A stretch of 64,000 nucleotides of DNA from assembly GCA_964648765.1 (NCBI GenBank), contig CAZYLF010000001.1, forward strand, positions 229,797 through 293,796, in the 5' to 3' direction. The position numbers were made by a program, and so were the translations under genes. The notes under the pieces were generated by a model, which did not search any database, was not told the origin of the DNA, and was given only the letters and a program-made list of their open reading frames with translations. The DNA is from an uncultured Candidatus Saccharibacteria bacterium. Its GTDB lineage: Bacteria; Patescibacteriota; Minisyncoccia; Phycocordibacterales; JACOZG01. Position 1 is the stretch's first letter. Every line of letters begins with the position of its first letter. Positions 44,753 through 55,800 of this stretch are shown one piece after another.

Positions 44753-44851
44753 TAAAGTTTCCTTAAAAAAGAACCAAGGTTTGATAACTAACCAAAAGCT
44801 ACCACAGCAAACTCTTATCAGTCAACCTTAATTACGGGCTATAATAATGAT

Positions 44852-47791
44852 GTGAGCAAAGGTAAATTCAATCAACTTTTTAAACAGCTTAATCCAGCGC
44901 AGGCGCAAGCGGTGGAGGCGATTGATGGTCCCGTGATGGTGATCGCGGGCCCCGGCACGGGTAAAACCCAGATTCTTACTCTGCGGATCGCCAACATTTT
45001 ACTTAAAACCGACACGCCGCCAGACGCTGTGCTCGCGCTTACCTTTACACGCTCGGGTGTGCACTCAATGCGAAAGCGTTTGGTGGAGATTATTGGCTCG
45101 GCTGGTTACCGCGTAGCCATTCACACCTTCCATGGTTTTTGTAATAACATCATCCGTGATTACGCTGAAGAATTCCCACGCATTATTGGTTCGGCCCAAG
45201 CTACGATTATTGATCAAGTAAAAATCTTACGCGAGATTATTCACCCCGCCAAGGGCGGGGTTGATACTCTAAAGCTCAATGTGCTCAAACCTTACGGCAA
45301 TCCGTATTATCACCTCGTCTCAATTTTGGGCGAGATTGAGAGATTTAAACGCGAGAACGTTTCGCCGGCTGATTTACTTCGACTTCTGAAAGCCAACGAG
45401 AAGCATTTTAAGGAGAACACCCCCGATCTTTATTATGAGAAAGGCGCTCGGGCTGGCCAGATGCGCGGTAAGTATCGGGCGATGGTCAAGAGTTTGGCTA
45501 AGAATCTTGAGCTTTACCAAGTTTATAAAAAGTATGAGGAAGCGCTCCGCGATCGTAAACTCTACGACTTCGGCGACATGGTGATGGAAGTGTTGCGTGA
45601 ACTTCGCGAGAATAAAGATTTATTGTTGACGCTGCAAGAAGAATATCAATATCTCTTGGCAGATGAACATCAAGATGCCAACCAAGCGCAGAATGAATTA
45701 TTGAAATTATTGGCTTCATATTACGACGAGCCGAACCTTTTTATTGTAGGTGATGACAAGCAAGCTATTTTCCAATTCCAAGGCGCGTCGCTTGATAACT
45801 TTAATTATTTTAAAAAGTTATTTCCAACTGCTAAATTAATTGTGCTTACGGACAATTACCGTTCGACCCAAACAATCCTTGATGCCGCTCACAGCTTAAT
45901 TCAGGCCGACAGCGCGCTTTCAGCTGAAACGCGCGGCATACTTTTGGCAAAAAATAAAATAAAAGGCGAGATTAAGAAAGCTAAATTATTAGCTTTCAGT
46001 ACTCTGGAGCAGGAGGTTAATTATTTAATTGGTGAGGCAAGAGAAAGGTTAAAAAACGATCAAGAATCGGTGGCGATTATTTATCGTGATAATGCCGACG
46101 CGCGGCCGCTGGTGGCGGCCCTTGAACGCGCCGGGTTAGCTTTTACGCTGTATGCCGAAGAAAGTTTATTTGCCGATCGAGATATTGCTAAATTACTGAC
46201 TTTGCTCCGCGCGGTGAGCGACTTCGGCGACGAAACATATTTGGCGGCCAGTCTTCAGCTCGATTTTATTGGCTTACCGCTCAATATTATCTATGAACTT
46301 TTCCATCGGGCTAAAGAGGATAAGAAAAAGTTATTTCAAGTGATTGCGGAAAGTGAGGAGAAGAAAGTAAAAAAGTTTTACGATAATTACAGCGCCTGGC
46401 ATAAATTGGCGCAGAATGCCACGCTGATCAATTTTTTCGAAACGATAATTAAAGAGTCGGGCTTTGTGGACGATTTATTAAAAAAGCCTGAAGTGGCTGA
46501 TAAATTAAATAAGTTGCGCGGGCTGTTTGACTTGGTGAAAAATTTATCCGAGAAGCATCACGAGGCGCGGTTGGGTGAATTGGTAGAATATCTTGATCTG
46601 GCGATCGCGCATAATCTAAAAATTGGTGAAGCCTCACCGCTCTCGGGTGGTGGCGTGCAACTTCTAACGGCGCATAAATCTAAAGGTTTGGAGTTTGATC
46701 ACGTTTATATTATTAATTCGCGCGATGGCCATTGGGGGAACAGGCGCAAACGCTCGTTCTCAATTCCGCTGCGCGGGTTAGCTACTGTTGTTTCAGGCGA
46801 TGACAATGCCGACGAGAGGCGACTGTTTTATGTGGCGCTCACACGGGCTAAAAAGTCGGTGACGATTACTTATCCGGTCACTGGTGAAGCGGGGCAAAAT
46901 TATCTGCAAACGCAGTTTGTGGAGGAGATGAATAAAGAATTAATTGAAGTGGTGACACCGGAAGAAATAAAAAAAGAACCGGAATTTCTTACTCCGCGAC
47001 GTTACACGGGGCCGAAGTTTAGTGATAAGGAATATTTGAAGGATTTATTTTTAACTCAAGGTTTGTCGGTGACGGCACTTAACAACTACTTAGATTGCCC
47101 GTGGAAGTACTTCTTCCAAAATATGCTCAGGATGCCAGCGGCGAAAACGCGTTACTTAATTTATGGTACAGCCGTGCACGCTGGGCTTGCGACCTTCTTC
47201 GATAATTATAAAAATACGGAAAAGTTAGATAAAAAATTGCTTTTAAAAACTTTTGAAACTTCACTTGAATCTGAACCACTTTCACCAGGCGACTTTAAAA
47301 TTTTAAAAGAGAAGGGCGAGAAGTCTTTGGCTGGTTACTTTAAGCTATATCAGAAAGCTTGGCCCGTGCCGCTTTATAACGAATTCCAAGTGAAGGGGAT
47401 TAAGCTCACGCCGGAGATAAAGCTGAAAGGCGTGATTGATAAAATTGAACCGGGGTTAGATGACACCGTGCATGTGGTGGATTATAAAACTGGTAAGCCA
47501 AAGCCTCGAAGTGATAAAAATTATTTTCGGCAATTAGTTTTCTATAAAATTCTGCTGGAGAGATTCTCGGATAAATTTAAAGTAAATTCTGGCACGTTAG
47601 ATTATATTGAACCGAATGACCGAGGGATTTATAAAAAAGAAGAATTTGAATTAAAGACTGAAGATGCGGAAAAAGTGGTTGAACAAATTAAAAGTGTGGC
47701 CGAAGAAATCCTTACTCTCAAATTCTGGCGCACCCGCTGCGGCAAACCCGATTGCGAATTTTGCCGTCTCCGTAACGCGATGAAGGATTAG
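44852..47791 (+). CDS. UvrD/PcrA-type helicase fused to C-terminal PD-(D/E)xK (RecB/Cas4-like, Cys-cluster) nuclease domain
   Basis: The start is GTG, 6 nt after a TATAAT box. The helicase motifs are I AGPGTGKT, II LLADEHQD and VI VALTRAK. The C-terminus has YLDCPWKY...VDYKTGKP...CGKPDCEFC, which is typical of AddA/AddB-type nuclease domains with an iron-sulfur cluster. Confidence 0.85.
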   Translation: MSKGKFNQLFKQLNPAQAQAVEAIDGPVMVIAGPGTGKTQILTLRIANILLKTDTPPDAVLALTFTRSGVHSMRKRLVEIIGSAGYRVAIHTFHGFCNNIIRDYAEEFPRIIGSAQATIIDQVKILREIIHPAKGGVDTLKLNVLKPYGNPYYHLVSILGEIERFKRENVSPADLLRLLKANEKHFKENTPDLYYEKGARAGQMRGKYRAMVKSLAKNLELYQVYKKYEEALRDRKLYDFGDMVMEVLRELRENKDLLLTLQEEYQYLLADEHQDANQAQNELLKLLASYYDEPNLFIVGDDKQAIFQFQGASLDNFNYFKKLFPTAKLIVLTDNYRSTQTILDAAHSLIQADSALSAETRGILLAKNKIKGEIKKAKLLAFSTLEQEVNYLIGEARERLKNDQESVAIIYRDNADARPLVAALERAGLAFTLYAEESLFADRDIAKLLTLLRAVSDFGDETYLAASLQLDFIGLPLNIIYELFHRAKEDKKKLFQVIAESEEKKVKKFYDNYSAWHKLAQNATLINFFETIIKESGFVDDLLKKPEVADKLNKLRGLFDLVKNLSEKHHEARLGELVEYLDLAIAHNLKIGEASPLSGGGVQLLTAHKSKGLEFDHVYIINSRDGHWGNRRKRSFSIPLRGLATVVSGDDNADERRLFYVALTRAKKSVTITYPVTGEAGQNYLQTQFVEEMNKELIEVVTPEEIKKEPEFLTPRRYTGPKFSDKEYLKDLFLTQGLSVTALNNYLDCPWKYFFQNMLRMPAAKTRYLIYGTAVHAGLATFFDNYKNTEKLDKKLLLKTFETSLESEPLSPGDFKILKEKGEKSLAGYFKLYQKAWPVPLYNEFQVKGIKLTPEIKLKGVIDKIEPGLDDTVHVVDYKTGKPKPRSDKNYFRQLVFYKILLERFSDKFKVNSGTLDYIEPNDRGIYKKEEFELKTEDAEKVVEQIKSVAEEILTLKFWRTRCGKPDCEFCRLRNAMKD

Positions 47792-47792
47792 T

Positions 47793-48965
47793 TTACTTAG
47801 TATCTTTTAATCTCAAACTTTGGGTGAGGCCGAGAGCAACGATGATGGATAGGGCTACGAAGATAAAACGGTAGGGGAAGAAGATGAGGAAAATGGAGGC
47901 CAGCAGTGGGGCAATGGAGTGGGCAAGTGGCGCCATCAAACGCGAAGTTGAGAGCACGTCGAGATCGTTGCCATCGATTTTTTTAAATAAATAAGTCTCC
48001 TTCATAATCTCCACTGTGGCTGCTCCCACACGAGTGAGGAAGAGGATCAGCGCCCACACGACTACAATTTTTCCGGTAAAAAAAGCCACAGGCAAAGTGG
48101 CGAGTGCCATAATGGCGAGACCTGCTGTAAGCAACTCCTTTTCCCCCAGCCACTTATCTGCAATAAGCCCAAGCGGATAATCAAAGATTACAAAGGGGAT
48201 CAACATGATAGTTAAGATTTGCCCGATTGTGCCCCAATCAAAACCAAGATAAGTGTTGAGATAAAATGGTGCGTAAATCACCATTATTGAGTAAAAAAAG
48301 TTAAGTAAAAATTCAATAACTAAAATTCTTCTTAAGTTTATTTTGATACTCGTTCGCTCTCCACCAAAAATTTTTGTAAAAGTTTTAAGACTGAAGGGGT
48401 GTTGACCGTGCGTACTTACGCGCGGTGAGTGTGTTTGATAATAAATGGCGATCGCAAGTACTGGCAAGAGAGCAAGTGAGGAGGCGAGATAAACATTTTG
48501 ATAATTATTATTACCAACCAAAATTCCAGCCAAAAGCGGTGAGGCAAGCCACGCGGTGTTTACACAAGTCCAGTAAAGTCCCCGAATGCCACCAGTTTTA
48601 GAGTTTGAAGATGTTTGCTCGAGTAAGAGATCAAGGGTGAGACTCATCAAAATATTGCCGACAAAATAAACACTAAAAGCGCCCACAATAATAATTAAAT
48701 TTTTTGTGTGGCCAAAGGTAGCGAGCGTCACGAGTGAGGCGAGGCTAATTGTGCCTGCGTACAAAATAAATCTGGCCGGTCGGAAGCTCCTAATGAGCGG
48801 CGAGATAAAAAGTATGCCGAGTACGGCAAAAATTGAAGCAACGGTAAAGATTAAACCAACCCTTTTTTCGCCCACTGTGAGGGCTAAAAATGATGAGTTC
48901 ACATAGGCCGGCAAGGCGGCCGTGAGCGCAAGCCAAAAACCAGCTACATAAATTAACCAACGCAT
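47793..48965 (-). CDS. MFS transporter
   Basis: Twelve predicted TM helices in an MFS arrangement. Confidence 0.75.
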   Translation of the reverse strand: MRWLIYVAGFWLALTAALPAYVNSSFLALTVGEKRVGLIFTVASIFAVLGILFISPLIRSFRPARFILYAGTISLASLVTLATFGHTKNLIIIVGAFSVYFVGNILMSLTLDLLLEQTSSNSKTGGIRGLYWTCVNTAWLASPLLAGILVGNNNYQNVYLASSLALLPVLAIAIYYQTHSPRVSTHGQHPFSLKTFTKIFGGERTSIKINLRRILVIEFLLNFFYSIMVIYAPFYLNTYLGFDWGTIGQILTIMLIPFVIFDYPLGLIADKWLGEKELLTAGLAIMALATLPVAFFTGKIVVVWALILFLTRVGAATVEIMKETYLFKKIDGNDLDVLSTSRLMAPLAHSIAPLLASIFLIFFPYRFIFVALSIIVALGLTQSLRLKDTK

Positions 48966-48981
48966 TATTTTATTATAACCT

Positions 48982-50712
48982 CTAAACTTCGATCAAAACA
49001 GGTAAAACGATTGGTCGGTTGTTAGTCTTTTGGTAGAGATAGCGTCCAATATCTTCTCGTACCACGTTTTTAACATAGTCAAAGTTGATTGGATGCATTT
49101 TGGCTGTAGTTTCTTCAATCTTCTTTTTGGCTAAGATTCGCACTTGTCTTAAGAGGTCTTGAGATTCTTTAAGATAAATAAATCCTCGAGAAATAATGTC
49201 TGGTGACTTCACGATCTTACCCGTCTTAATGTCGATCAAAGCAATGATTACGAACATCCCTTCTTGGGCAAGCATCACGCGATCTTTAATCACCACATCC
49301 TTCACATTATTTTTACCCATACCGTCTACCATAATGAGGTTTGAGGAAACCTTTTCTTTAAGCATGTGGATTTTCTCACCGCCATCGGTGATGTCAATCA
49401 CTGAGCCGTTGTCGGGCACTACAATATGATTCGCAGGCATGCCAAGTTCCAGAGCCAATTCTTCATGCAGGCGGAGTTTGTGATGTGAGCCGTGGTTAGG
49501 GATAAAGAATTTAGGTTTAACCTTTTTATGTAACCATTCAATTTCTCCGCGATTGCCGTGACCGGAGGAGTGGATATAAACTTCTGAAGTTCGGTAGCTC
49601 ACAATCTTCGCACCTTGTCGGGCAATATTATCTTTTAGTTTTTGTACGGTGATTTCGTTGCCAGGGATAATAGATGAAGAAAGGAGTACGGTGTCACCTT
49701 TTTTAAATCGTAAGAATTTATGAGTCTTATTCGACATTCTCATTAGTGCGGCAAATTCTTCACCTTGAGCGCCAGTGGCAAGCACCACAATTTTATCTTC
49801 TGGATAATTTCCGATTTCTTGAGTTGGGATTATCACGCCCTTACCCACAGTAAGTAAGCCAGCTTGTGTGGCCACTTCCACGTTAGTTTTCATGCTTCTG
49901 CCTTCAATTACCAATTTACGTCCGTAGCGTTCCACGGCGCCAATGATCTTGATCATACGCTCAAGCTGTGAGGCGAAGGTGCCGATAATTAATCGTCCTT
50001 TAATATTTTTAATTATCTCTTCAAGATTTCTGTTAGTTTCGCCTTCTGGTACGGAGAAGCCTGGATTCTCAATGTTGGTTGAGTCCGCCATTAAAAGCAG
50101 AACCTTCATCTCAGAAAAGATTTTGTAAGTATTTTCTTCAGCCTCGGTGGGTACGCCGTCTACTTTATCAAGATCGAGTTTAAAGTCGCTTGGATTAACA
50201 ATCGCGCCATAAGGAGTATCTATAACTACACCCATGGAGTCGGGGATAGTGTGAGTAACACCGAAAAAGCTAATTGGAATTTGCCCAGCTTTAATTTTAG
50301 TATCCTTTTCTACTTCAATAATATTGAGTGGTGGCAAGTGAGGGAATTCGGCCATGCGCTTCTTCACAAAGAGCGCGGTTAAATTACGAGTATAAAGTGG
50401 GGGATTTCCGATCCGATTCATTACATAAGGAATACCGCCAGTGTGGTCTAAGTGGCCGTGAGTAATAATCACCGCACGCACGCGCGACTTATTCTCCTCC
50501 AAGTAAGTGGTGTCGGGGATGAGGTAATCCACGCCAGGCATGTCGCTGGTAGGGAAGGCGAGACCAATATCAATCACCACAATATCTTCGCCGATTTCCA
50601 CAGCGGTCATATTTTTGCCAATTTCTTCCACACCTCCAAGCGGAATAATTCGGATATTACCTGCTTCTAATTTCGGCACTTTCTTTATTGGTTTTCGGTT
50701 ATCTTGAAACAT
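48982..50712 (-). CDS. rnj: Ribonuclease J (beta-CASP MBL-fold RNase)
   Basis: The HGHLDHTGG motif, a beta-CASP domain and a C-terminal domain are present. The 576-aa length fits RNase J. Confidence 0.9.
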   Translation of the reverse strand: MFQDNRKPIKKVPKLEAGNIRIIPLGGVEEIGKNMTAVEIGEDIVVIDIGLAFPTSDMPGVDYLIPDTTYLEENKSRVRAVIITHGHLDHTGGIPYVMNRIGNPPLYTRNLTALFVKKRMAEFPHLPPLNIIEVEKDTKIKAGQIPISFFGVTHTIPDSMGVVIDTPYGAIVNPSDFKLDLDKVDGVPTEAEENTYKIFSEMKVLLLMADSTNIENPGFSVPEGETNRNLEEIIKNIKGRLIIGTFASQLERMIKIIGAVERYGRKLVIEGRSMKTNVEVATQAGLLTVGKGVIIPTQEIGNYPEDKIVVLATGAQGEEFAALMRMSNKTHKFLRFKKGDTVLLSSSIIPGNEITVQKLKDNIARQGAKIVSYRTSEVYIHSSGHGNRGEIEWLHKKVKPKFFIPNHGSHHKLRLHEELALELGMPANHIVVPDNGSVIDITDGGEKIHMLKEKVSSNLIMVDGMGKNNVKDVVIKDRVMLAQEGMFVIIALIDIKTGKIVKSPDIISRGFIYLKESQDLLRQVRILAKKKIEETTAKMHPINFDYVKNVVREDIGRYLYQKTNNRPIVLPVLIEV

Positions 50713-50737
50713 ATTTATTATTTATTAATTTTATTGA

Positions 50738-52471
50738 TTATTTTTTTGTGAAAAACCCCCAAACTTTTTCTGTTGTGATGTACCATTCATTAATGTTGGT
50801 AAAGCGTTCTGCTGCTAAATTAATTGGTGGTAAATCCTTATTTTTAATTTTGTCTGGTGCTAAATACATAAAGTATGGTTGATAGAGGAAGATGGCTGGA
50901 GTTTCTTTTATTATTTCTTCAGAAATCTCGGCTGACTTGGCTCGTCTGGCACTTGAGTCAGATAGCTTTCGGAGTTCTTCTAACTTTTTATCAACTGTGA
51001 GGTTGGTGTAAAGCGCGATGTTTGAGCCTGGGTCGAGACGTTGTGATGAATGCCAAAATGAGTAGGGGTCGGTATTGCGACCCAACACTTCACCAAAAAA
51101 TAAAGCTTCATATTGACGAGGACGAATTACGTTTTGGTTTAAGTCAGCAATTTCAAAAACTTTAAGTTCCACTTTAGCGCCAATTTCCCCCCAAGTTTTT
51201 TTGAGATTTTCTGCGACTTGCTTTAATTCTGGCACGTCGGATGTGGCCAAACTAAAACTCAAACTAGTGACTTCTTTAGCTTTGTTCGTTTTCTCCATTA
51301 CGCCAGTTTCTGCATTTGGCTTCCAGCCCGCATCGGTTAAAATTTCAATCGGTTTGCCAATTTTCGTGCTACTGGCATTTAGTTCAACACTTTCTGTACT
51401 GTTTTGTGGTGGATCAAAAATTAATAGTGGATCATACACAGCTTGGCCGTAACCTGCTAAAGTACTTTCGATAATTTGTTCACGATTTACCGCCGCATTT
51501 AAGGCGCGTCTTACTTCAGCGTTTGCAAAAAGTGGAGCATGATTTTGGTTAAAAAAGACAGCAAACATTCTTGGTAGTGGTACAGTAAGAATTTTAGCTC
51601 CATCGTCTTCTAACTTTTTGGCCAGGGTCGGTGAGAGACCGCTCACGTTCTCAACCTCGCCACTTTGATACGCTGTGAGCAGTTCAAGTTCATTTGGGTA
51701 AAATTTAACTCGGATGTTACTAATTTTGGCAGCCCCGAGAGTAAAGTTTTCAAACGGTTCTAATTCATAATATTCTGGCAAAGTTGAGGCTCCGCGACGG
51801 AACCTAATGTCGGTAACGAGGTAAGGTCCAGAACCAACTGCTTCAATATTTAGATCGCTGAAGGGGAAGGCCTCTGGTTCAATTTGCTCCCATAAATGTT
51901 TTGGCAAAATTCCGAGCGTGAGATTTTCTAAAAAGGCGTGATAAGGTTGCTTTAAAGTGAATGAGATTTTTCTATCACTTAACTTTTCAACTTTTACGCT
52001 TTCCCAAGTGGACCAACGAGGACTTTTCACCGTTGGATTTTGGATTCGGTTGATTGTAAAGATTACATCATCAGCAGTAATTGACTTTTTGTCGTGAAAG
52101 CGCAAATCATCTTTTAAAGTAATTGTGTAGGTGAGTCCGTCTGGGGAAACTTCGTAACCTTGGGCAAGATCGGGGACTAATTCGCCTTTGGCATTGAGTC
52201 GCATTAAGCCGGAGTATATGAGCATGCTCAGATCACGGTCCACATCAGACACAGCCAACACTGGGTTCACAAATCTTGGTGAACCAATTATCCCTTCCAC
52301 AAAACTTCCACCACGAGTTGGTACGCGATTTAAATAACTACCGTTTAAAATAAGTAGGAGGGCAATTACACTTCCAATTAAAATAATTACTCCCGCCACC
52401 ACTAAATACCATTGCTTGCGAGGCATAGTTTTAATAGCTAAATCAATTTCGGCTTGAGAGGGCCGTTTCAT
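50738..52471 (-). CDS. ABC transporter substrate-binding protein, family 5 (peptide/nickel, OppA-like), membrane-anchored
   Basis: An N-terminal TM anchor is followed by a ~540-aa SBP_bac_5-like layout. Confidence 0.8.
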   Translation of the reverse strand: MKRPSQAEIDLAIKTMPRKQWYLVVAGVIILIGSVIALLLILNGSYLNRVPTRGGSFVEGIIGSPRFVNPVLAVSDVDRDLSMLIYSGLMRLNAKGELVPDLAQGYEVSPDGLTYTITLKDDLRFHDKKSITADDVIFTINRIQNPTVKSPRWSTWESVKVEKLSDRKISFTLKQPYHAFLENLTLGILPKHLWEQIEPEAFPFSDLNIEAVGSGPYLVTDIRFRRGASTLPEYYELEPFENFTLGAAKISNIRVKFYPNELELLTAYQSGEVENVSGLSPTLAKKLEDDGAKILTVPLPRMFAVFFNQNHAPLFANAEVRRALNAAVNREQIIESTLAGYGQAVYDPLLIFDPPQNSTESVELNASSTKIGKPIEILTDAGWKPNAETGVMEKTNKAKEVTSLSFSLATSDVPELKQVAENLKKTWGEIGAKVELKVFEIADLNQNVIRPRQYEALFFGEVLGRNTDPYSFWHSSQRLDPGSNIALYTNLTVDKKLEELRKLSDSSARRAKSAEISEEIIKETPAIFLYQPYFMYLAPDKIKNKDLPPINLAAERFTNINEWYITTEKVWGFFTKK

Positions 52472-52482
52472 TAAATATAAAT

Positions 52483-52728
52483 TTAGAGAAACAAAGCGAT
52501 AATTGCGGACACGATGAAAAGAATTGCAACAATAATTGTGGCAATAAAGATGGTTCGTTCGATTCCGCGCTTGGTGTGGGCAAAGCTTGCGCTCGCACCA
52601 CCGAAGGCACTGCCGAGACTTGCTTCATTTTGCTGAATGAGCACTAGGGCAATGAGGACTACGGACAAACCTACTTGTATCCAAGGTAAAATACTCGCTA
52701 GCATTTCCATTAACGTACACTCTACCAA
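52483..52728 (-). CDS. secG: Preprotein translocase subunit SecG
   Basis: Two TM helices and a Gly-rich loop (LGSAFGGASASFAH) are present. The true start is probably ATG 52710 or 52704. Confidence 0.7.
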   Translation of the reverse strand: MVECTLMEMLASILPWIQVGLSVVLIALVLIQQNEASLGSAFGGASASFAHTKRGIERTIFIATIIVAILFIVSAIIALFL

Positions 52729-52810
52729 AAGTCAAAACGGAATGCAAACTGCATATTTATCCCCCGTTTTTTGTATTTATGTTGGTGTTTATTTGTTATA
52801 ATTTGTCATC

Positions 52811-55800
52811 ATGCCTAAATATAGTCTCGGCGCGAAGTTAATTCTGGTTGGAATATTTTTTTACTCAGCCTACGCCGGGAGTACGATTTACGAGGCTTAT
52901 CTCAACAGCGACTTTTTAGGAAATCTTAAATTAACCGCGCAAACTTACACTCCGCCACCTTCTACACTTAATGCTGTGGCTGACACACAGGTCCGTCAGG
53001 GGGTAAGCACAAACAGTAATGCTAACCTTGAGTACGCAATCTCTAATGACTCAAGTGCCGGCAATCGTCAGACGTATTTAAAATTTGATCTCTCAAATAT
53101 TTCTGGAACAATTTCTTCAGCGAAGTTGAAGGTTTATGTAATTAATACTGACGCCAAACCTATCACAGTCTCTTCTGTTGCAAACGACGCTTGGCAAGAA
53201 TCAACAATGGTTTGGAATACTAAGCCGGCACCAGTTACCTCGCTGGGGACATTAGATGTCTCTACTATTAATTCATATTCCACTGAATTTGATGTTACTA
53301 ACTTTGTTAAGTCTGCAGAAAATTTAAGTGATAAACTAGTTTCCTTTTCTCTTTCATATCCAACTGCCGACAATACAGCCAAGCCGTTTGTGGCGATTAA
53401 CCCAAAAGAAAAAGGTAACGGAGCTCAATTAATAATCACCTACAACTCTGTAACCACCACAACCCCACCACCGACTGCACCGGTCACTCAATCCACTCAA
53501 ACGACACAAACAACTCAGACAACCCAAAATCAAACCGGAGTCGGCGCTTTGGCTGCGGCCGCCCCAGAAACTTACAATCTCACGTTCTCAAATATTTTTG
53601 GCGGATCAGCAGATGATCAAACTCGCGATGTGGCATATGACAGCGCAGGAAATATTTACGCCGTTGGCGGCTCAACAGCCCCAGGGTTTGTGGCAACCGG
53701 AAGTGTTTTTGATACGTCACACAACGGCAACATGGACGCATTTTTGGTTAAACTAAATTCTAGTGGACAAGTACTCTGGTCAACGTTTATTGGCGGGCCA
53801 AATTATGACCGAGCTTATGCGGTGGAAGTAGATTCGGCTGGCAATGTGTTTGTGGCAGGAAGATCTGGCGCCGGTTTCCCAACTACTTTCGGTCCAGGCT
53901 TTCTAAATCAAAATATTAATGGCCCTGGCTATGATGCCAATCCTTACGGTCATCAAAATGCTTTTCTAGCTAAGTTTGATAGCTCCGGCCAGCGTCTCTG
54001 GGCTCGCTACAATCAAAAGACTGGGAACGAGGTTGGATTGTTTCGTGATATTGCCCTTGATTCAAATGGGAATATTTATGGTGTGACTACTGGTTATGGT
54101 TTATTTAAATTTAAAGCAGATGGTACAAACGATTGGGACTTACCATTAAAGGGAAATGGCTCTATTAATATGAATGTCCCTTCTGTTCGGGTTGATGGAC
54201 AAAATAACATTTACGTTTCTGGAGGAACAAACTCAACAAGCGGGTTAACGGTTGGTGGTTATCAATCAACTAATGGGGGAGGTTCAGCAGATATTTATTT
54301 GGCCAAAGTAAATTCAAATGGCAGTGTTGTTTGGGGTACATATGTGGGTGGTACCGGCGAGGAATTTGGCGAGACGCACAACTTGGCAGTCGACCCACAG
54401 AGAAATATTTACTTAGCTTACTCCACTAGGTCAAACGATCTTATCCCGGCCAGCGCCACATTGGATGCCACAAGTTACGATGTTAATTTTGGTGGTGGGG
54501 CAGATGGTTTTATTGCAAAGATCGATACTAATGGAAATTTGAAAGGTGCAACTTATCTCGGTGGTAGCGACGTGGAAGAATTTCAAGGTGTAGATACAGA
54601 TTCGGCTGGCAATGTTTACGTTTCGGGGAAGTCTAAGTCTAATCTTTCTTTAAATAATCCTTTATTCCCCGCCAAACCTTCATCTGTAGGTAATGAAGAT
54701 ATTATTTTTGCCAAGTTTAGTAGTGATCTTGGGAGTTTAGTTTTTGGAACGTATTTTGGGGGTAGTACTAGTGAGAGTGGTCGCTCGCTCGATGTGCATA
54801 CCTCTGGCGCAGTGGCGGTTGGTGGCCAGAACTCTGCTTCCGGTAACAGTGGTGTAGTTTTAGGATATGTGCAAGGTTCAGCTCCAACTGGTGATCAAAC
54901 TCCACCAACACTCTCCAACCTTTTACCTTCTGGCACAATTGCGGCCTTACCTTTACCTATTCTGTCAGTAACGACTAACGAGGCTGCAACTTGTCGTTGG
55001 AGCACCACTGCCAATGCCAGTTTCAGTAATATGAATGCCATGACAGCGCTTGGCAATGTGCACACCTCACTTGGACTCTCAGGTTTACTTGCTGGTAGTT
55101 CTTACAACCGTTATGTTCGTTGCCAAGACACTTCTGCTAATCAGAACATGAGTGCCGAGTCGACGATTACTTTTACGATTTCTATTACTGTCGGTGGTAG
55201 TCTCCCGCAATGTGTTGCCGCCGCTAACCACGATTTGCCAGCCACCGGTACTTCAATTGGTTCTGGTTTGCCCTCGAATTTCGAGGGCAGCGGAGTGGAG
55301 TGGCATTCAGTTAGAAATAGCTTCTTTCTTGTTCATGATGGAGGCACGCTCTTTGAGCGAAGGGCAGACGGAACGGCGGTGGCCCAATGGAGTATTGGTG
55401 GAGATCTAGAGGGCGTGACGGTTGCCGACCCAAATAGTAATTTTATTTATGTGGGAGTTGAGGACCCAGACAGTATTAGAGAAATTAATTTAATAAATGG
55501 GCAAGTCACGCGTACCTTCGACCTTACGCCTTGGATGACTGGTGCCGCTAACTCCGGACTGGAGGCGATCACTTTTGCCCCGATTGCTGGTCACCCTGAA
55601 GGCGGAATCTTTTATGCTGGTCTGCAAGCCGATGGTGATATTTACGCCTTTAGCTTGCCGATTAAATCCAGTGCCACCTCTGTCACGGTTACATCACTAA
55701 ATGATCCACTAAATCCAACTAACTATTATAAAATTACTGGCAATAGCACAAACACAGATATTGCCGGCATGGATTATGATTCATCGATAGATGTGCTCTA

